In this document: positions 18,722-28,842 of the stretch, in pieces
How positions within the stretch are numbered: the first letter of the stretch is position 1
Layout: each line of letters opens with the position of its first letter
NCBI GenBank assembly: GCA_013178045.1
Contig: JABLXP010000001.1
Location: forward strand, 15,937 to 79,936
Reading direction: 5' to 3'
Source: Bacillota bacterium
Lineage (GTDB): Bacteria; Bacillota; Ch66
Length of the DNA: 64,000 bases
Made by a program: the position numbers and the translations under genes
The notes under the pieces: generated by a model
What the model saw: only the letters and a program-made list of their open reading frames with translations
Told to the model about the DNA's origin: nothing
Database searches by the model: none

Positions 18722-20968
18722 ATGGGAAGCCGTCTTTATGTGAGTGTCTTGTGGCACATGCACCAGCCTTGTTACAAGGACTTGCGCCAGGGCCGCTATA
18801 TTCTGCCGTGGGTTCGGCTCCACGGAATAAAAAGTTATTATGATATGGGCAAAATTGTGGCCGAAGTTCAAGGGGCGAAGGCTAACTTTAATTTTGTGCC
18901 CTCACTTTTGGTGCAGCTGCTCGATTACGCTGGTGGTGAAGGCCGTGACCTTTATTTGGAGTACACGGAAAAAGACCCGAGCGAGATGACCTATGGGGAA
19001 AAACTTTTCTTGCTCCAAAATTTTTTCCACGCTAATTTTGATAATCTGATCAGACCGTATCCGCGCTATCTCCAACTTTGGGAGAAACGAGACGGCTATG
19101 ACTCCTGGGAGCATAAATTAGCCCGTTTTAACCACCAAGATATCATGGATTTACAGGTGTGGTTTAATTTGGCCTGGTTTGGCTATTTACCTAAGACCCG
19201 GGACCCGGAACTAAAAGAGCTAATTCTTAAAGGGGAAAACTACACGGCCGGAGACAAAGAAGTGATAATTAATAAGCAGCGACAGATCATCAGGGAATTG
19301 ATTCCCCTGTATCAGCAACTCCAGGCTGAAGGGGTGGTTGAACTATCCACCACACCGTTCTATCACCCCATTTTGCCCCTGCTGTGTGATACCTGTGTGG
19401 CCAGAGAATCCCAATCTGATGTTCCTTTGCCAGCTCAACGGTTTGCTTTTCCAGAGGATGCTGACCGGCAGATTAGGGAGGCCATTGAATTCCATCAAGA
19501 GATTTTTGGAACGCGACCGGCCGGTATGTGGCCCTCTGAGGGCGCAGTTAGTCGAGCGGCTCTTGAACTCATGGCTACTAATGGAATTAGTTGGACGGCT
19601 TCTGATGAAGAAATCCTGGGGAGGACTTTGTATCAACAGGGGTTTTGTGATTGGGACAGCCGAGAATGGCTGTATCAGCCCTATCAACTGGAACTATCGG
19701 ATGGCAGCTTGAATATCTTTTTCCGTGACCATCACATATCGGATCTGATTGGCTTTGTATACCACCGTTGGCATACCAATGATGCCATTGGAGACCTAAT
19801 ACACCGTTTGCGGCAACTCAAAGGGCACTTGCCGGATGGCCGTTCCCACCTGGTCTCGATTATTCTGGACGGGGAGAACGCCTGGGAACATTATCATAAT
19901 AATGGGTATGATTTTCTCACCGGGATTTATCGGGCCCTGGTTGATCATCCAGAACTTGAACTGGTTACTTTTTCTGAATATTTAGCCAGATTTGGTACGC
20001 ACCAGACACTGCGCACGATCTTCCCCGGCTCCTGGATCGGGGCAAATTTCGCGACCTGGATCGGGCAAAAACCCAAAAATCGAGCTTGGGAATATCTGGC
20101 CCGAGCACGGAACGATCTGGTTAGACTCAGCCGACAGCAACCTGCGTCAACTGAAGATCAGGAACTGGCCTGGCGGTCGATGTTGATGGCGGAGGGGAGC
20201 GACTGGTTTTGGTGGTTTGGCGATACCCATTCCAGTGCGCTGGATGCTGAATTTGATGAACTTTTTCGTCGTCATCTAATCAATGTCTACCGCAGTTTTA
20301 ATTGGGAACCGCCAGCCTTTCTCGAACGGCCGGTGGCGGAAACCGGTGCCATCGATCTGGTCAATGAGCCGGTAGGCTATATTTGGCCGGTAATCGATGG
20401 ACGGGAAACCAGTAGCGATGAGTGGCTGGCGGCCGGTTCATTAGACCTGACCAAAGGTAGCGTGACTATGCAGCGGGCCAACTATTTATTTGAAAGGCTG
20501 TGGTTTGGATTTAATGATACGTACCTGTTTATCCGCCTGGATGGGGCGGGTTGTCAGTGGCTGAAGGGGGCTGAACCAGATTTGCGTGAATCTTACGGAG
20601 AAGAGCCGCGCATTATTTTTCAAGTGGTCCACGATAACAGTTATCTAATTGAGGTTTGTGCTCAGCCAGGTAAGCTTGAGCAGTCAGCGAGGATGAAGGT
20701 GGAACTGCGGCGGCAAACTGATGGAGCAGCCGAACATGTGACTACAATCAAGCAGTTTGGCTTAGAGCAAGTCTTAGAATTGGCTATTCCACTGTCTGAC
20801 CTTGGTCTGGTTGGGCCAAGGAGATTTGCGTTAGCGGTTATTATCGCCAATGAGCGGGGCGAACTTGAAAAATGGCCGGCCGGCGCCCCTCTCTGGATTA
20901 ACTTGCCTGGCCTGAATACAACCAGCGAGTCAAGATTTTCAGCAGGAGGACGACCCCAGTATGAATAA
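18722..20968 (+). CDS. glycoside hydrolase family 57 protein (alpha-glucan active, specificity unknown)
   Basis: 748 aa. N-terminal LWHMHQPCYKD, GENAWEHY, and GSDWFWWFGD motifs are typical of GH57. Confidence 0.75.
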   Translation: MGSRLYVSVLWHMHQPCYKDLRQGRYILPWVRLHGIKSYYDMGKIVAEVQGAKANFNFVPSLLVQLLDYAGGEGRDLYLEYTEKDPSEMTYGEKLFLLQNFFHANFDNLIRPYPRYLQLWEKRDGYDSWEHKLARFNHQDIMDLQVWFNLAWFGYLPKTRDPELKELILKGENYTAGDKEVIINKQRQIIRELIPLYQQLQAEGVVELSTTPFYHPILPLLCDTCVARESQSDVPLPAQRFAFPEDADRQIREAIEFHQEIFGTRPAGMWPSEGAVSRAALELMATNGISWTASDEEILGRTLYQQGFCDWDSREWLYQPYQLELSDGSLNIFFRDHHISDLIGFVYHRWHTNDAIGDLIHRLRQLKGHLPDGRSHLVSIILDGENAWEHYHNNGYDFLTGIYRALVDHPELELVTFSEYLARFGTHQTLRTIFPGSWIGANFATWIGQKPKNRAWEYLARARNDLVRLSRQQPASTEDQELAWRSMLMAEGSDWFWWFGDTHSSALDAEFDELFRRHLINVYRSFNWEPPAFLERPVAETGAIDLVNEPVGYIWPVIDGRETSSDEWLAAGSLDLTKGSVTMQRANYLFERLWFGFNDTYLFIRLDGAGCQWLKGAEPDLRESYGEEPRIIFQVVHDNSYLIEVCAQPGKLEQSARMKVELRRQTDGAAEHVTTIKQFGLEQVLELAIPLSDLGLVGPRRFALAVIIANERGELEKWPAGAPLWINLPGLNTTSESRFSAGGRPQYE

Positions 20969-23096
20969 GGTACAACTTCTGTTCGGCATTCACTGCCACC
21001 AACCCATTGGTAATTTTGATTTTATTTTTGAGAACGTCTATCAGCATTCCTATCGACCGTTTCTGGAGGTACTGTGTAAGCACCCAGCGGTTAAGGTTAC
21101 ACTCCATTATAGCGGGGGCTTGCTTGAATGGATCGAAAGAAATCATCCCGACTGGTTTGATCTCGTTCGGGGATTAACGCTGGCCGGACAAGTGGAACTG
21201 CTCGGGGGGGGATTCTACGAGCCGATTCTGGCGGCGATTCCCGAACACGACCGCGTGGAACAGGTGAAGTGGCTGTCTGAGTATCTTAATGATAAATTCG
21301 GCCAGCGGCCCCGGGGAATGTGGCTGGCCGAGCGGGTGTGGGATTCCGCGATCGTTAAATCAATCAGACGGGCCGGCATCCAATACGTTCTGGTTGACGA
21401 CTATCACCTGATCAGCGCAGGGCTCAGCCAGCCGGAACTGCATGGTTATTATCTAACCGAGGAAGAGGGACATACGTTAGCCGTTTTCCCCATTGATGCT
21501 AACCTGCGTTACCTGACCCCGTTTCAGCCGCCGGAAAAAACTATTGACTATTTACGAGAAATCGCCCAATCAGGTGAGTCTGCTTGCGCTATTGTGGTAG
21601 ATGATGGAGAAAAATATGGCAGCTGGCCGCACACTTTTGCCTGGGTTTATGAGCAGGGATGGCTCGAACAGTTTTTCTCACTGCTGGAGCATAATCAGAA
21701 CTGGGTGGTTACGGCTACCTTTTCTGAGGTAATGGCACAGCAGCGGCCGCTGGGCAGGATCTATCTTCCCACGGCGTCTTACTTTGAAATGGGCCAGTGG
21801 TCTTTACCCGCTAACCGTGCCAGACAATTTAGCGAGGTTCACCGGGAACTGGAAAACAACTGCCAGCTAGAGCGGTTTCGTCCCTTTATCAGAGGGGGTA
21901 TTTGGAAGAATTTTCTTGTTAAATATCCGGAAAGCAACAATATGCATAAGAAAATGCTGTATTTGAGTGAACGCCTAAAAAGCCTGCCGGCTGGTATGGC
22001 CAGAGCAGAGGCCGAACGGGAACTCTACCGGGGTCAGACCAATGATGCTTATTGGCACGGAGTCTTTGGCGGGCTCTACTTACCTCATCTCCGGCATGCC
22101 ATCTACCGGCACTTGATCGCCTGCGAGCAAGTACTGGACGCGAGGGAAGGGAAGACCACATTAAGTATGGAAATGCTGGACATTGATAAAGACGGGGCAG
22201 CAGAAATTGTCATCGCCGGCCCCGCCTACACCTGTATTCTGACACCAATCAGCGGCGGACAGATGTATGAGTTCAGTGTCAAGGAACTGAAAACCAATAT
22301 CCTCAACACACTGTCGCGCCGGTTTGAGCACTACCACGCCCAGCCTCTGGACATGTCTGCCCCGGCCGAGGAGGACGGGATTCCCAGCATCCACCACCAC
22401 GAAGGCCAGGGAGAGGCCGAATGGCGTCGCGAGTTGTACTACGATCGCTATGAGCGCCGTTCATTTATTGACCATTTCTTTGCTGACCAGGTCAGTCTGG
22501 CGGAATATGCCACCGGTCAATATGTCGAGAGCGGAGATTTTGTGGCTGGTGAGTACACTGTGCAGATGGCGTCAGGAAAAGAAGGCGGGGTTATCTTACA
22601 GCGTCAGGGCCGGCTAAAGCATGCTGGGTGGGAACAGCCCATTATGGTTTCTAAGACTTTTACCTTTACTCCCCAAAAGTGCCAGCTGCGGGCTGAATAT
22701 CTGGTGGAGAACTGCAGTGAAACACCGGTCAACGTTACATTCGGGATCGAGTTTAATTTATCCATGCCGGCTTGCGGCTCAGAGTGGGGGCAATATCAGC
22801 TAAATGGTGAGCCCCCCGAGCCAAGTTCGCTGGCCAGTTGGGGCGAGGATGAAGGAGTGAAACAGGTCAGTCTGGTGGACCGGATTATGGGTGGTCAGGT
22901 TACTCTGTCCTGGGACCAGCCAGCCTGGTTATGGCGTTGGCCGGTTGAGACCGTCTCGCAGTCAGAGCAGGGCTGGGAAAAGACGTACCAATCTTCAATG
23001 GTTATGCCCCGGTGGAAGCTGGAACTTAAACCAGGGGAATCTTGGCGGGTTAATCTGAACTGGGTAGTTGAAAACCTGGCTGATGAATGGCACTAG
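20961..23096 (+). CDS. GH57 4-alpha-glucanotransferase/alpha-amylase-like protein
   Basis: 711 aa. The N-terminus LLFGIHCHQPIGNFDFIFENVYQHSYRPFLEVL parallels archaeal GH57 4-alpha-glucanotransferases. It overlaps the upstream GH57 gene by 8 nt. Confidence 0.75.
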   Translation: MNKVQLLFGIHCHQPIGNFDFIFENVYQHSYRPFLEVLCKHPAVKVTLHYSGGLLEWIERNHPDWFDLVRGLTLAGQVELLGGGFYEPILAAIPEHDRVEQVKWLSEYLNDKFGQRPRGMWLAERVWDSAIVKSIRRAGIQYVLVDDYHLISAGLSQPELHGYYLTEEEGHTLAVFPIDANLRYLTPFQPPEKTIDYLREIAQSGESACAIVVDDGEKYGSWPHTFAWVYEQGWLEQFFSLLEHNQNWVVTATFSEVMAQQRPLGRIYLPTASYFEMGQWSLPANRARQFSEVHRELENNCQLERFRPFIRGGIWKNFLVKYPESNNMHKKMLYLSERLKSLPAGMARAEAERELYRGQTNDAYWHGVFGGLYLPHLRHAIYRHLIACEQVLDAREGKTTLSMEMLDIDKDGAAEIVIAGPAYTCILTPISGGQMYEFSVKELKTNILNTLSRRFEHYHAQPLDMSAPAEEDGIPSIHHHEGQGEAEWRRELYYDRYERRSFIDHFFADQVSLAEYATGQYVESGDFVAGEYTVQMASGKEGGVILQRQGRLKHAGWEQPIMVSKTFTFTPQKCQLRAEYLVENCSETPVNVTFGIEFNLSMPACGSEWGQYQLNGEPPEPSSLASWGEDEGVKQVSLVDRIMGGQVTLSWDQPAWLWRWPVETVSQSEQGWEKTYQSSMVMPRWKLELKPGESWRVNLNWVVENLADEWH

Positions 23097-23251
23097 TCCC
23101 CAGCACCGGTAAGATTTACTTTTTATTCACCATTCGACTATGATACAATATCACTTAAGGTTGAGGTTTTATTTCCTTAACCTTTTCATTTAATGCAGGT
23201 CTTTATCAGGTTAACGAACTAATGGCTATTAGTTAGAGAGGAGAATGAATA

Positions 23252-24169
23252 ATGGGCATATTCAACTGGTTGAAAGAGGGGCTGACCAAGACCAGACAGA
23301 GCCTAGTGGGTAAAGTTGAGGACATCTTGAGTCTCCATAAAAAAATCGATGAAGAACTTTTTGAGGAATTGGAAGAAGTGCTGTTGCAAGCTGATGTGGG
23401 GGTCAACACTTCCCTGCGGCTGATCGAACAGATGCGGGCTGAGGTTAAGACGAGGAAAATCAGTGATTCTGCCCAGTTAAGAGACATTCTCAAGGAGCAG
23501 TTGCACGAAATCCTGAGTGTGGCTAACGTCTCAATAGGCTTACCGGCCCAGGGAGTTGGTGTCATTATGGTGGTTGGGGTCAACGGGGTGGGTAAGACCA
23601 CGACCATCGGTAAATTAGCTTACCGCTTTCGTCAGGAGGGGAAAAAGGTTTTACTGGCGGCGGGTGATACTTTCCGCGCGGCGGCGATTGACCAGCTAGA
23701 GATTTGGGGACAGCGCGTGGGGGTGGAAGTAATCAAACACCGTGAAGGAGCCGACCCGGCTGCCGTGGTGTTTGATGCGCTCCAGGCGGCGCGAGCACGT
23801 AAGGCTGATCTATTGATTATTGATACCGCTGGACGGCTGCACACGAAAGTTAATCTGATGGAAGAGTTGAAAAAAGTGCGGCGGGTTATTGAACGGGAAT
23901 ACCCCGGGGCACCTCACGAAGTGTTGCTGGTTCTGGATGCAACTACCGGCCAGAACGCTGTTTCCCAGGCCCGGCTGTTCACCCAGGCCACCGGCGTGAC
24001 GGGTATTGTGCTAACCAAACTCGATGGTACGGCGAAGGGCGGGATCGTTGTCGCCATTGCGTCTGAACTGCAAATCCCGGTGAAGTTCATCGGCATCGGG
24101 GAAAAGCTTGATGACTTAAAAGAGTTCTCAGCGTCAGAGTTTGTGGATGCCCTCTTTGCTGAGGCGTAG
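23252..24169 (+). CDS. ftsY: signal recognition particle receptor
   Basis: 305 aa with no acidic A-domain. Motifs are [15 protein letters not shown] and [10 protein letters not shown]. Confidence 0.9.
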   Translation: MGIFNWLKEGLTKTRQSLVGKVEDILSLHKKIDEELFEELEEVLLQADVGVNTSLRLIEQMRAEVKTRKISDSAQLRDILKEQLHEILSVANVSIGLPAQGVGVIMVVGVNGVGKTTTIGKLAYRFRQEGKKVLLAAGDTFRAAAIDQLEIWGQRVGVEVIKHREGADPAAVVFDALQAARARKADLLIIDTAGRLHTKVNLMEELKKVRRVIEREYPGAPHEVLLVLDATTGQNAVSQARLFTQATGVTGIVLTKLDGTAKGGIVVAIASELQIPVKFIGIGEKLDDLKEFSASEFVDALFAEA

Positions 24170-24311
24170 CATTTTGTCACTTTCTTTGCGGTAAACAGCG
24201 GCTGGTTGCAGTCGATCTTTTAAATGTCCTGGGTGTGTCGTGAGGCATGGGTGGTTGGCGGAAAATATGCTTATGTTTCTACAAAATTTATGGTGAAGGG
24301 ATGAGTGGATC

Positions 24312-25100
24312 ATGGGTGTTCCATACGCAATCATTGGGGGGACCGGGGTCTATGACCCCCAAATTTTAAGTAATATCAGGGAAGAAGTTATCCCGACTCG
24401 CTATGGAGAAATCACGGTCAAAATTGGCACGTATGCGGGAAATGAGGTGGCTTTTCTGCCTCGCCATGGGGAGAAGCATTCCGTTCCCCCGCACCTGATT
24501 AATTATCGGGCGAACATCTGGGGATTAAAAGAGCTAGGTGTCAAAAAAATCATCGCGACGGCGGCTGTCGGTTCATTAAATGAACAGATGCGGCCCGGAG
24601 ATTTCGTGCTGGTGGATCAGTTCCTTGATTTTACGCACGGGAGGATTCAGACTTTCTTTGAAGGGGGTGAGCACGGAGTTGTCCACGTGGATCTGACCTT
24701 TCCCTACTGTCAAGAGTTGCGGGAAGTACTGGCCCAAGCGGCCCAGGAAATTGGCCTGACCGCCCACTTTGGCGGAACCTACATCTGTACTCAGGGGCCC
24801 CGGTTTGAAACCGCTGGAGAGATCAGGATGTTTCAGAAATTGGGGGGCGACTTGGTGGGGATGACGACTGTTCCCGAGGTTGTTTTAGCTAGAGAAGCGG
24901 GAATTTGTTACGCGACCGTGGCGATGGTCACCAACTTTGCGGCCGGTATTTCACCGACTAGACTAACTCATCAGGAAGTTCTGGACGTGATGAAGCAGAA
25001 CGGAGAAAATCTGCGCCGATTAATTATGCAGGCGGTGGCTAAACTAACCGAGGAGCGCTACTGTGACTGCGGACAAATTCTAGAGGAGGTTAAGCCATGA
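24312..25100 (+). CDS. mtnP: S-methyl-5'-thioadenosine (MTA) phosphorylase family protein, paralog 1
   Basis: 262 aa with IIGGTGVY, FLPRHGEKHSVPPHLINYRANIWGLKELGV and MTTVPE motifs of the PNP/MTAP family. Confidence 0.8.
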   Translation: MGVPYAIIGGTGVYDPQILSNIREEVIPTRYGEITVKIGTYAGNEVAFLPRHGEKHSVPPHLINYRANIWGLKELGVKKIIATAAVGSLNEQMRPGDFVLVDQFLDFTHGRIQTFFEGGEHGVVHVDLTFPYCQELREVLAQAAQEIGLTAHFGGTYICTQGPRFETAGEIRMFQKLGGDLVGMTTVPEVVLAREAGICYATVAMVTNFAAGISPTRLTHQEVLDVMKQNGENLRRLIMQAVAKLTEERYCDCGQILEEVKP

Positions 25101-26152
25101 AGGCCCTGGAATGGACAGGAGACTGCTTAAAACTGCTGGACCAAACCAAGCTGCCTCTGAAAACGGAGTTTGTTTCCTGTCAGGATTATATCACCGTTGC
25201 TGAGGCCATCCGAACAATGCAAGTACGAGGAGCGCCGGCCATTGGGGTGGCAGCGGCTTTCGGACTGGTCCTGGCTGCCAAACAGTATACCGGCCAGAAC
25301 CAGTCCGAACTGGTGGCTCTGGTAGAACAAGCGGCCGATACCTTGCGTCGGACCCGCCCGACGGCGGTTAATCTGTTCTGGGCGATTGAACGGATGCTGG
25401 CTAGGCTGGAAACGGAAAAACAAGCCCCGGTAGACGAGATTAAAGCTGGCCTGGAGGCGGAAGCCAAAGCCATTTTGGCAGAGGATATCGCCATGAACCG
25501 GCGAATCGGCGAGCTTGGCAGTCAGTTGGTGCCGGTTCAGGCCAGAATTCTGACCCACTGCAATGCGGGTGCGCTGGCTACTGGAGGATATGGGACTGCT
25601 CTGGGAGTAATCCGCTCGGCGCATCAGGTGGGTAAGGTGGCTGAAGTCTACGCCGATGAAACTCGACCGTTGCTGCAGGGGGCTCGCTTGACTGTCTGGG
25701 AGCTGTTGCAGGACCAAATCCCGGTGACTCTGATCGCGGACAATATGGCGGGCTATTTGATGCAGCAAGGCAAGGTTGACCTGGTAATTGTCGGAGCTGA
25801 CCGCATCGCGGCCAATGGAGACGTGGCGAATAAGATTGGGACCTACAGTCTTGCTGTTCTCGCCCATGCTCACGGGATCCCCTTCTATGTGGCTGCCCCA
25901 GCCTCAACGCTTGATTTGTCCTTGTCCACCGGGGCAAATATTCCAATTGAAGAGCGCCATCCGGAAGAGGTGCGCCACGTGTTCGGCCAGCGGATCGCCC
26001 CGGTTGACGTAAAGGTGTACAATCCAGCCTTTGACGTAACCCCGAACCGTTTAATTACTGCGATCATCACTGACCGCGGCATCGCGCGTCCACCTTATGA
26101 ACAGAGTCTGGCCGAGCTGGTCGCCGTCGAACGGGGTGGGCAAAGTGGGTAA
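25097..26152 (+). CDS. mtnA: S-methyl-5-thioribose-1-phosphate isomerase
   Basis: 351 aa, eIF-2B alpha/beta/delta-like, with RGAPAIGVAAA and GADRIAANGDVANKIGTY. There is an ATGA overlap with mtnP. Confidence 0.85.
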   Translation: MKALEWTGDCLKLLDQTKLPLKTEFVSCQDYITVAEAIRTMQVRGAPAIGVAAAFGLVLAAKQYTGQNQSELVALVEQAADTLRRTRPTAVNLFWAIERMLARLETEKQAPVDEIKAGLEAEAKAILAEDIAMNRRIGELGSQLVPVQARILTHCNAGALATGGYGTALGVIRSAHQVGKVAEVYADETRPLLQGARLTVWELLQDQIPVTLIADNMAGYLMQQGKVDLVIVGADRIAANGDVANKIGTYSLAVLAHAHGIPFYVAAPASTLDLSLSTGANIPIEERHPEEVRHVFGQRIAPVDVKVYNPAFDVTPNRLITAIITDRGIARPPYEQSLAELVAVERGGQSG

Positions 26153-26801
26153 TGATCAACTGGTGAAGGCCAAAGAGCTGGTTGGGAAAACCGCACGGCA
26201 GATGGCAGAGGCTGGCCTGGTGGTTGGGACCTGGGGCAATGTTAGCGTGCGGGTTCCGGACACGGATTGGGTGGTAATTACCCCGAGCGGCATGAGCTAC
26301 GCCACCCTTAAACCGGAAGATATGGTCGTGGTTGATTTAACCGGGCGGATAGTGGAGGGTTGCCGCCAACCCTCCATTGAAACTCCTTTACATGTAGCCA
26401 TCTACTTAAACCGGCCAGATGTTGGTGGAGTAGTCCATACCCACAGTGTTTTTGCCACAGCTTGTGCGGTGGTGCGACAGCCAATTCCAGTAATCACCGA
26501 GGAACTGGCCCAGGTCGTGGGCGGCCCGGTCGTGGTCGCCGAGTATGCCTTGCCCGGTAGTGGTGAGTTAGCGCACGCGGCTGTCACCGCCCTTGACCAG
26601 CGGGGAGCGGTTTTGCTGGCCAACCACGGTTTGGTTGGGGTCGGGCGCAGGGTTGATGAGGCTCTGACGGTGTGCCAGGTGGTGGAGAAGGCAGCTCAGA
26701 TCTTGTTGTTGGCGCAGGGGTTAGGGAGGCCCTGTGTGCTGGCTGAGGCTGATGTTGTCCGTCTCCATGACTATTTTCAGCACCGCTACGGACAGAGGTG
26801 A
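26145..26801 (+). CDS. class II aldolase/adducin-family protein (MTRu-1-P aldolase or dehydratase)
   Basis: GTWGNVSVR and the zinc ligands VVHTHSVFATA. The GTG overlaps the mtnA stop by 8 nt. Confidence 0.7.
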   Translation: MGNDQLVKAKELVGKTARQMAEAGLVVGTWGNVSVRVPDTDWVVITPSGMSYATLKPEDMVVVDLTGRIVEGCRQPSIETPLHVAIYLNRPDVGGVVHTHSVFATACAVVRQPIPVITEELAQVVGGPVVVAEYALPGSGELAHAAVTALDQRGAVLLANHGLVGVGRRVDEALTVCQVVEKAAQILLLAQGLGRPCVLAEADVVRLHDYFQHRYGQR

Positions 26802-26829
26802 AGCCATTAACAGGTAAGAAGGGAAATAG

Positions 26830-28155
26830 ATGATGAAGCTATTGATCAAAGGTTGTGCGATTATACCTATGACCGGCAAGGGCAACATAATACACAGGGG
26901 AGATCTGGCAATCGAGGGTAACCGGATTCTAGCGCTGGGCCCGGCAGGGGAGCTGGACCATAATGGTCAATTACCAGCAAATTGGCGCCCGGACCGGACC
27001 TTTGACGGCACCGGCAAGGTGGCTCTGCCTGGTTTAGTCAATACTCATACCCATGCAGCGATGACCTATTTTCGCGGTTATGCTGATGACCTGGAACTGA
27101 TGCCCTGGCTGCAGGAAAAAATCTGGCCAGCGGAAGAACGGTTAACGGCTGAGGATATTTACTGGGGGGCACTGCTGGCCATAGTGGAGATGTTAAAATC
27201 TGGTACTACCTGTTTTGCGGACATGTACATGTTTATGGAGCAAGTGGCCCAGGCGGCAGAGGTTTCAGGCATTCGGGCTTCTCTAGCGCGGGGAATGATT
27301 GGACTTGGTCCTGATGCTGACCGGAAGCTGGACGAGGCCAGTGAGTTTGTGCAGGCGTGGGAAGGAAAAGTCGAAGGGAGGATTACCACTAAACTGGGAC
27401 CGCATGCTCCCCACACCTGTCCGCCAGCCTTCCTGGAGAAGGTAATGGCGCGGGCCGATGAATTGGGAGTAGGTCTGCATATTCATCTGGCCGAAACCCG
27501 GACTGAGGTGGAAGATGTCCGGGCTACCTATGGTGAGACGCCAGTAAAACTGATGGAGAAAATTGGTCTGTTTAACCGCCCAGTTCTGGCTGCCCACTGT
27601 GTTCACCTGACTGATGAAGAAATAGAGATTCTGGTCCGAAATGCGGTGGGGATTGCCCATAACCCGGAGAGCAATATGAAACTGGCCAGTGGGGTAGCAC
27701 CCATCGCCAAACTGCTCCGCGCCGGGGCGATTGTCGGGCTGGGTACGGATTCTGCTGCCAGCAACAATAATCTGGACCTTCTACAGGAGATGCGGTCCGC
27801 CTCCTTTTTGCAGAAGGTGACAACTCAGGATCCCACAACGCTTCCTGCTTACCAGGTGCTGGAGATGGCCACCTGTGGAGGGGCCCGGGCCCTTGGTCTG
27901 GAAAGAGATATCGGGTGTCTCGTTCCCGGATACAAGGCAGATTTGATTCTGGTGGACCTGGAAAAACCCCACCTCTATCCCTGCTATGACCTGACGGCCC
28001 AGTTGGTTTACTCAGCTCTGGCTTCTGATGTACATACGGTAATTGTTGATGGCAAAATCGTGGTTGAGAATGGCAAGGTATTATCCTTGGATGAACGGGA
28101 GATTATGCGAGAAGTCGCACGGCGAGCACCGCGGTTAGTTAATAGAAGGAACTGA
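26830..28155 (+). CDS. mtaD: 5-methylthioadenosine/S-adenosylhomocysteine (5'-deoxyadenosine) deaminase
   Basis: 441 aa amidohydrolase with PGLVNTHTHAAMT (HxH), HLAET and GTDSAASNN. Confidence 0.8.
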   Translation: MMKLLIKGCAIIPMTGKGNIIHRGDLAIEGNRILALGPAGELDHNGQLPANWRPDRTFDGTGKVALPGLVNTHTHAAMTYFRGYADDLELMPWLQEKIWPAEERLTAEDIYWGALLAIVEMLKSGTTCFADMYMFMEQVAQAAEVSGIRASLARGMIGLGPDADRKLDEASEFVQAWEGKVEGRITTKLGPHAPHTCPPAFLEKVMARADELGVGLHIHLAETRTEVEDVRATYGETPVKLMEKIGLFNRPVLAAHCVHLTDEEIEILVRNAVGIAHNPESNMKLASGVAPIAKLLRAGAIVGLGTDSAASNNNLDLLQEMRSASFLQKVTTQDPTTLPAYQVLEMATCGGARALGLERDIGCLVPGYKADLILVDLEKPHLYPCYDLTAQLVYSALASDVHTVIVDGKIVVENGKVLSLDEREIMREVARRAPRLVNRRN

Positions 28156-28268
28156 AAGCAATGGTGGCAAAATCAGGAAAGACGGTCTAGGCCATGCAGG
28201 ATTTTTTTTGCGAACGTAGAAATAAGCAGTATTCAATGGACCTGAATGCAGGGAAAGGAGTGTTTAAG

Positions 28269-28787
28269 TTGTATGACCATCTGAAGGAGAAAATCCGTAA
28301 TATCCCTGATTTTCCGATCCCAGGCATTATGTTTAAGGATATTACCACCTTGCTCAAAGACGGTCAGGCTTTCAGTGAGGTGATCGAGGGCTTGGTGAAC
28401 CGTTATCAGGACAAGGGGATTGATGTGGTAGTCGCTATCGAATCCAGAGGATACATATTCGGTGCTCCGCTGGCTGCGGCTCTAAAAGTGGGATTTGTGC
28501 CGGTACGTAAACTTGGCAAGCTGCCGGCTGAAACGATTAAGACTGAATATCAAACCGAATACAGCAAAGAGATTATTGAAATGCACCGCGATGCCATCCA
28601 GCCAGGCCAGAAGGTACTGGTTATTGATGACTTGGTGGCTACCGGTGGGTCGGCGGCAGCAGTGAAAGAGTTAGTGGAACAATTGGGTGGACAGGTGGTC
28701 GAGTTTGCTTTTGTGGTGGAATTGACCTTTTTAAACGGCCGGGAAAAACTGGCGGGTTATCCTGTCTTTTCCATGATTAATTTCTAG
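28269..28787 (+). CDS. apt: adenine phosphoribosyltransferase
   Basis: IRNIPDFPIPGIMFKDITTLL and the PRPP motif VLVIDDLVATGGS. I chose the TTG at 28269, 9 nt after GGAG. The alternative ATG at 28236 would add 11 aa. Confidence 0.8.
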   Translation: MYDHLKEKIRNIPDFPIPGIMFKDITTLLKDGQAFSEVIEGLVNRYQDKGIDVVVAIESRGYIFGAPLAAALKVGFVPVRKLGKLPAETIKTEYQTEYSKEIIEMHRDAIQPGQKVLVIDDLVATGGSAAAVKELVEQLGGQVVEFAFVVELTFLNGREKLAGYPVFSMINF

Positions 28788-28842
28788 TTGGCAAAAAGTT
28801 AATTATCTGTCGAGGGATGTTCTGGAATACGGAGGTGTAAAC

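Noticed and set aside
24170-24311. Possible SAM (S-box) riboswitch ahead of the methionine-salvage genes, as in Bacillus
   Set aside because: The spacer is only about 140 nt and lacks the conserved S-box elements (GAGGGA...GGCAACC...GTGCYAA). I also could not draw a terminator/antiterminator pair.
25127-25873. 248-aa minus-strand ORF inside mtnA
   Set aside because: It is a shadow ORF opposite a well-supported eIF-2B-like isomerase, and I recognise no motifs in it.
28195-28210. T8 run after mtaD that looked like a terminator tail
   Set aside because: There is no preceding GC-rich hairpin, and the nearby ATGCAGG direct repeat does not form a stem.
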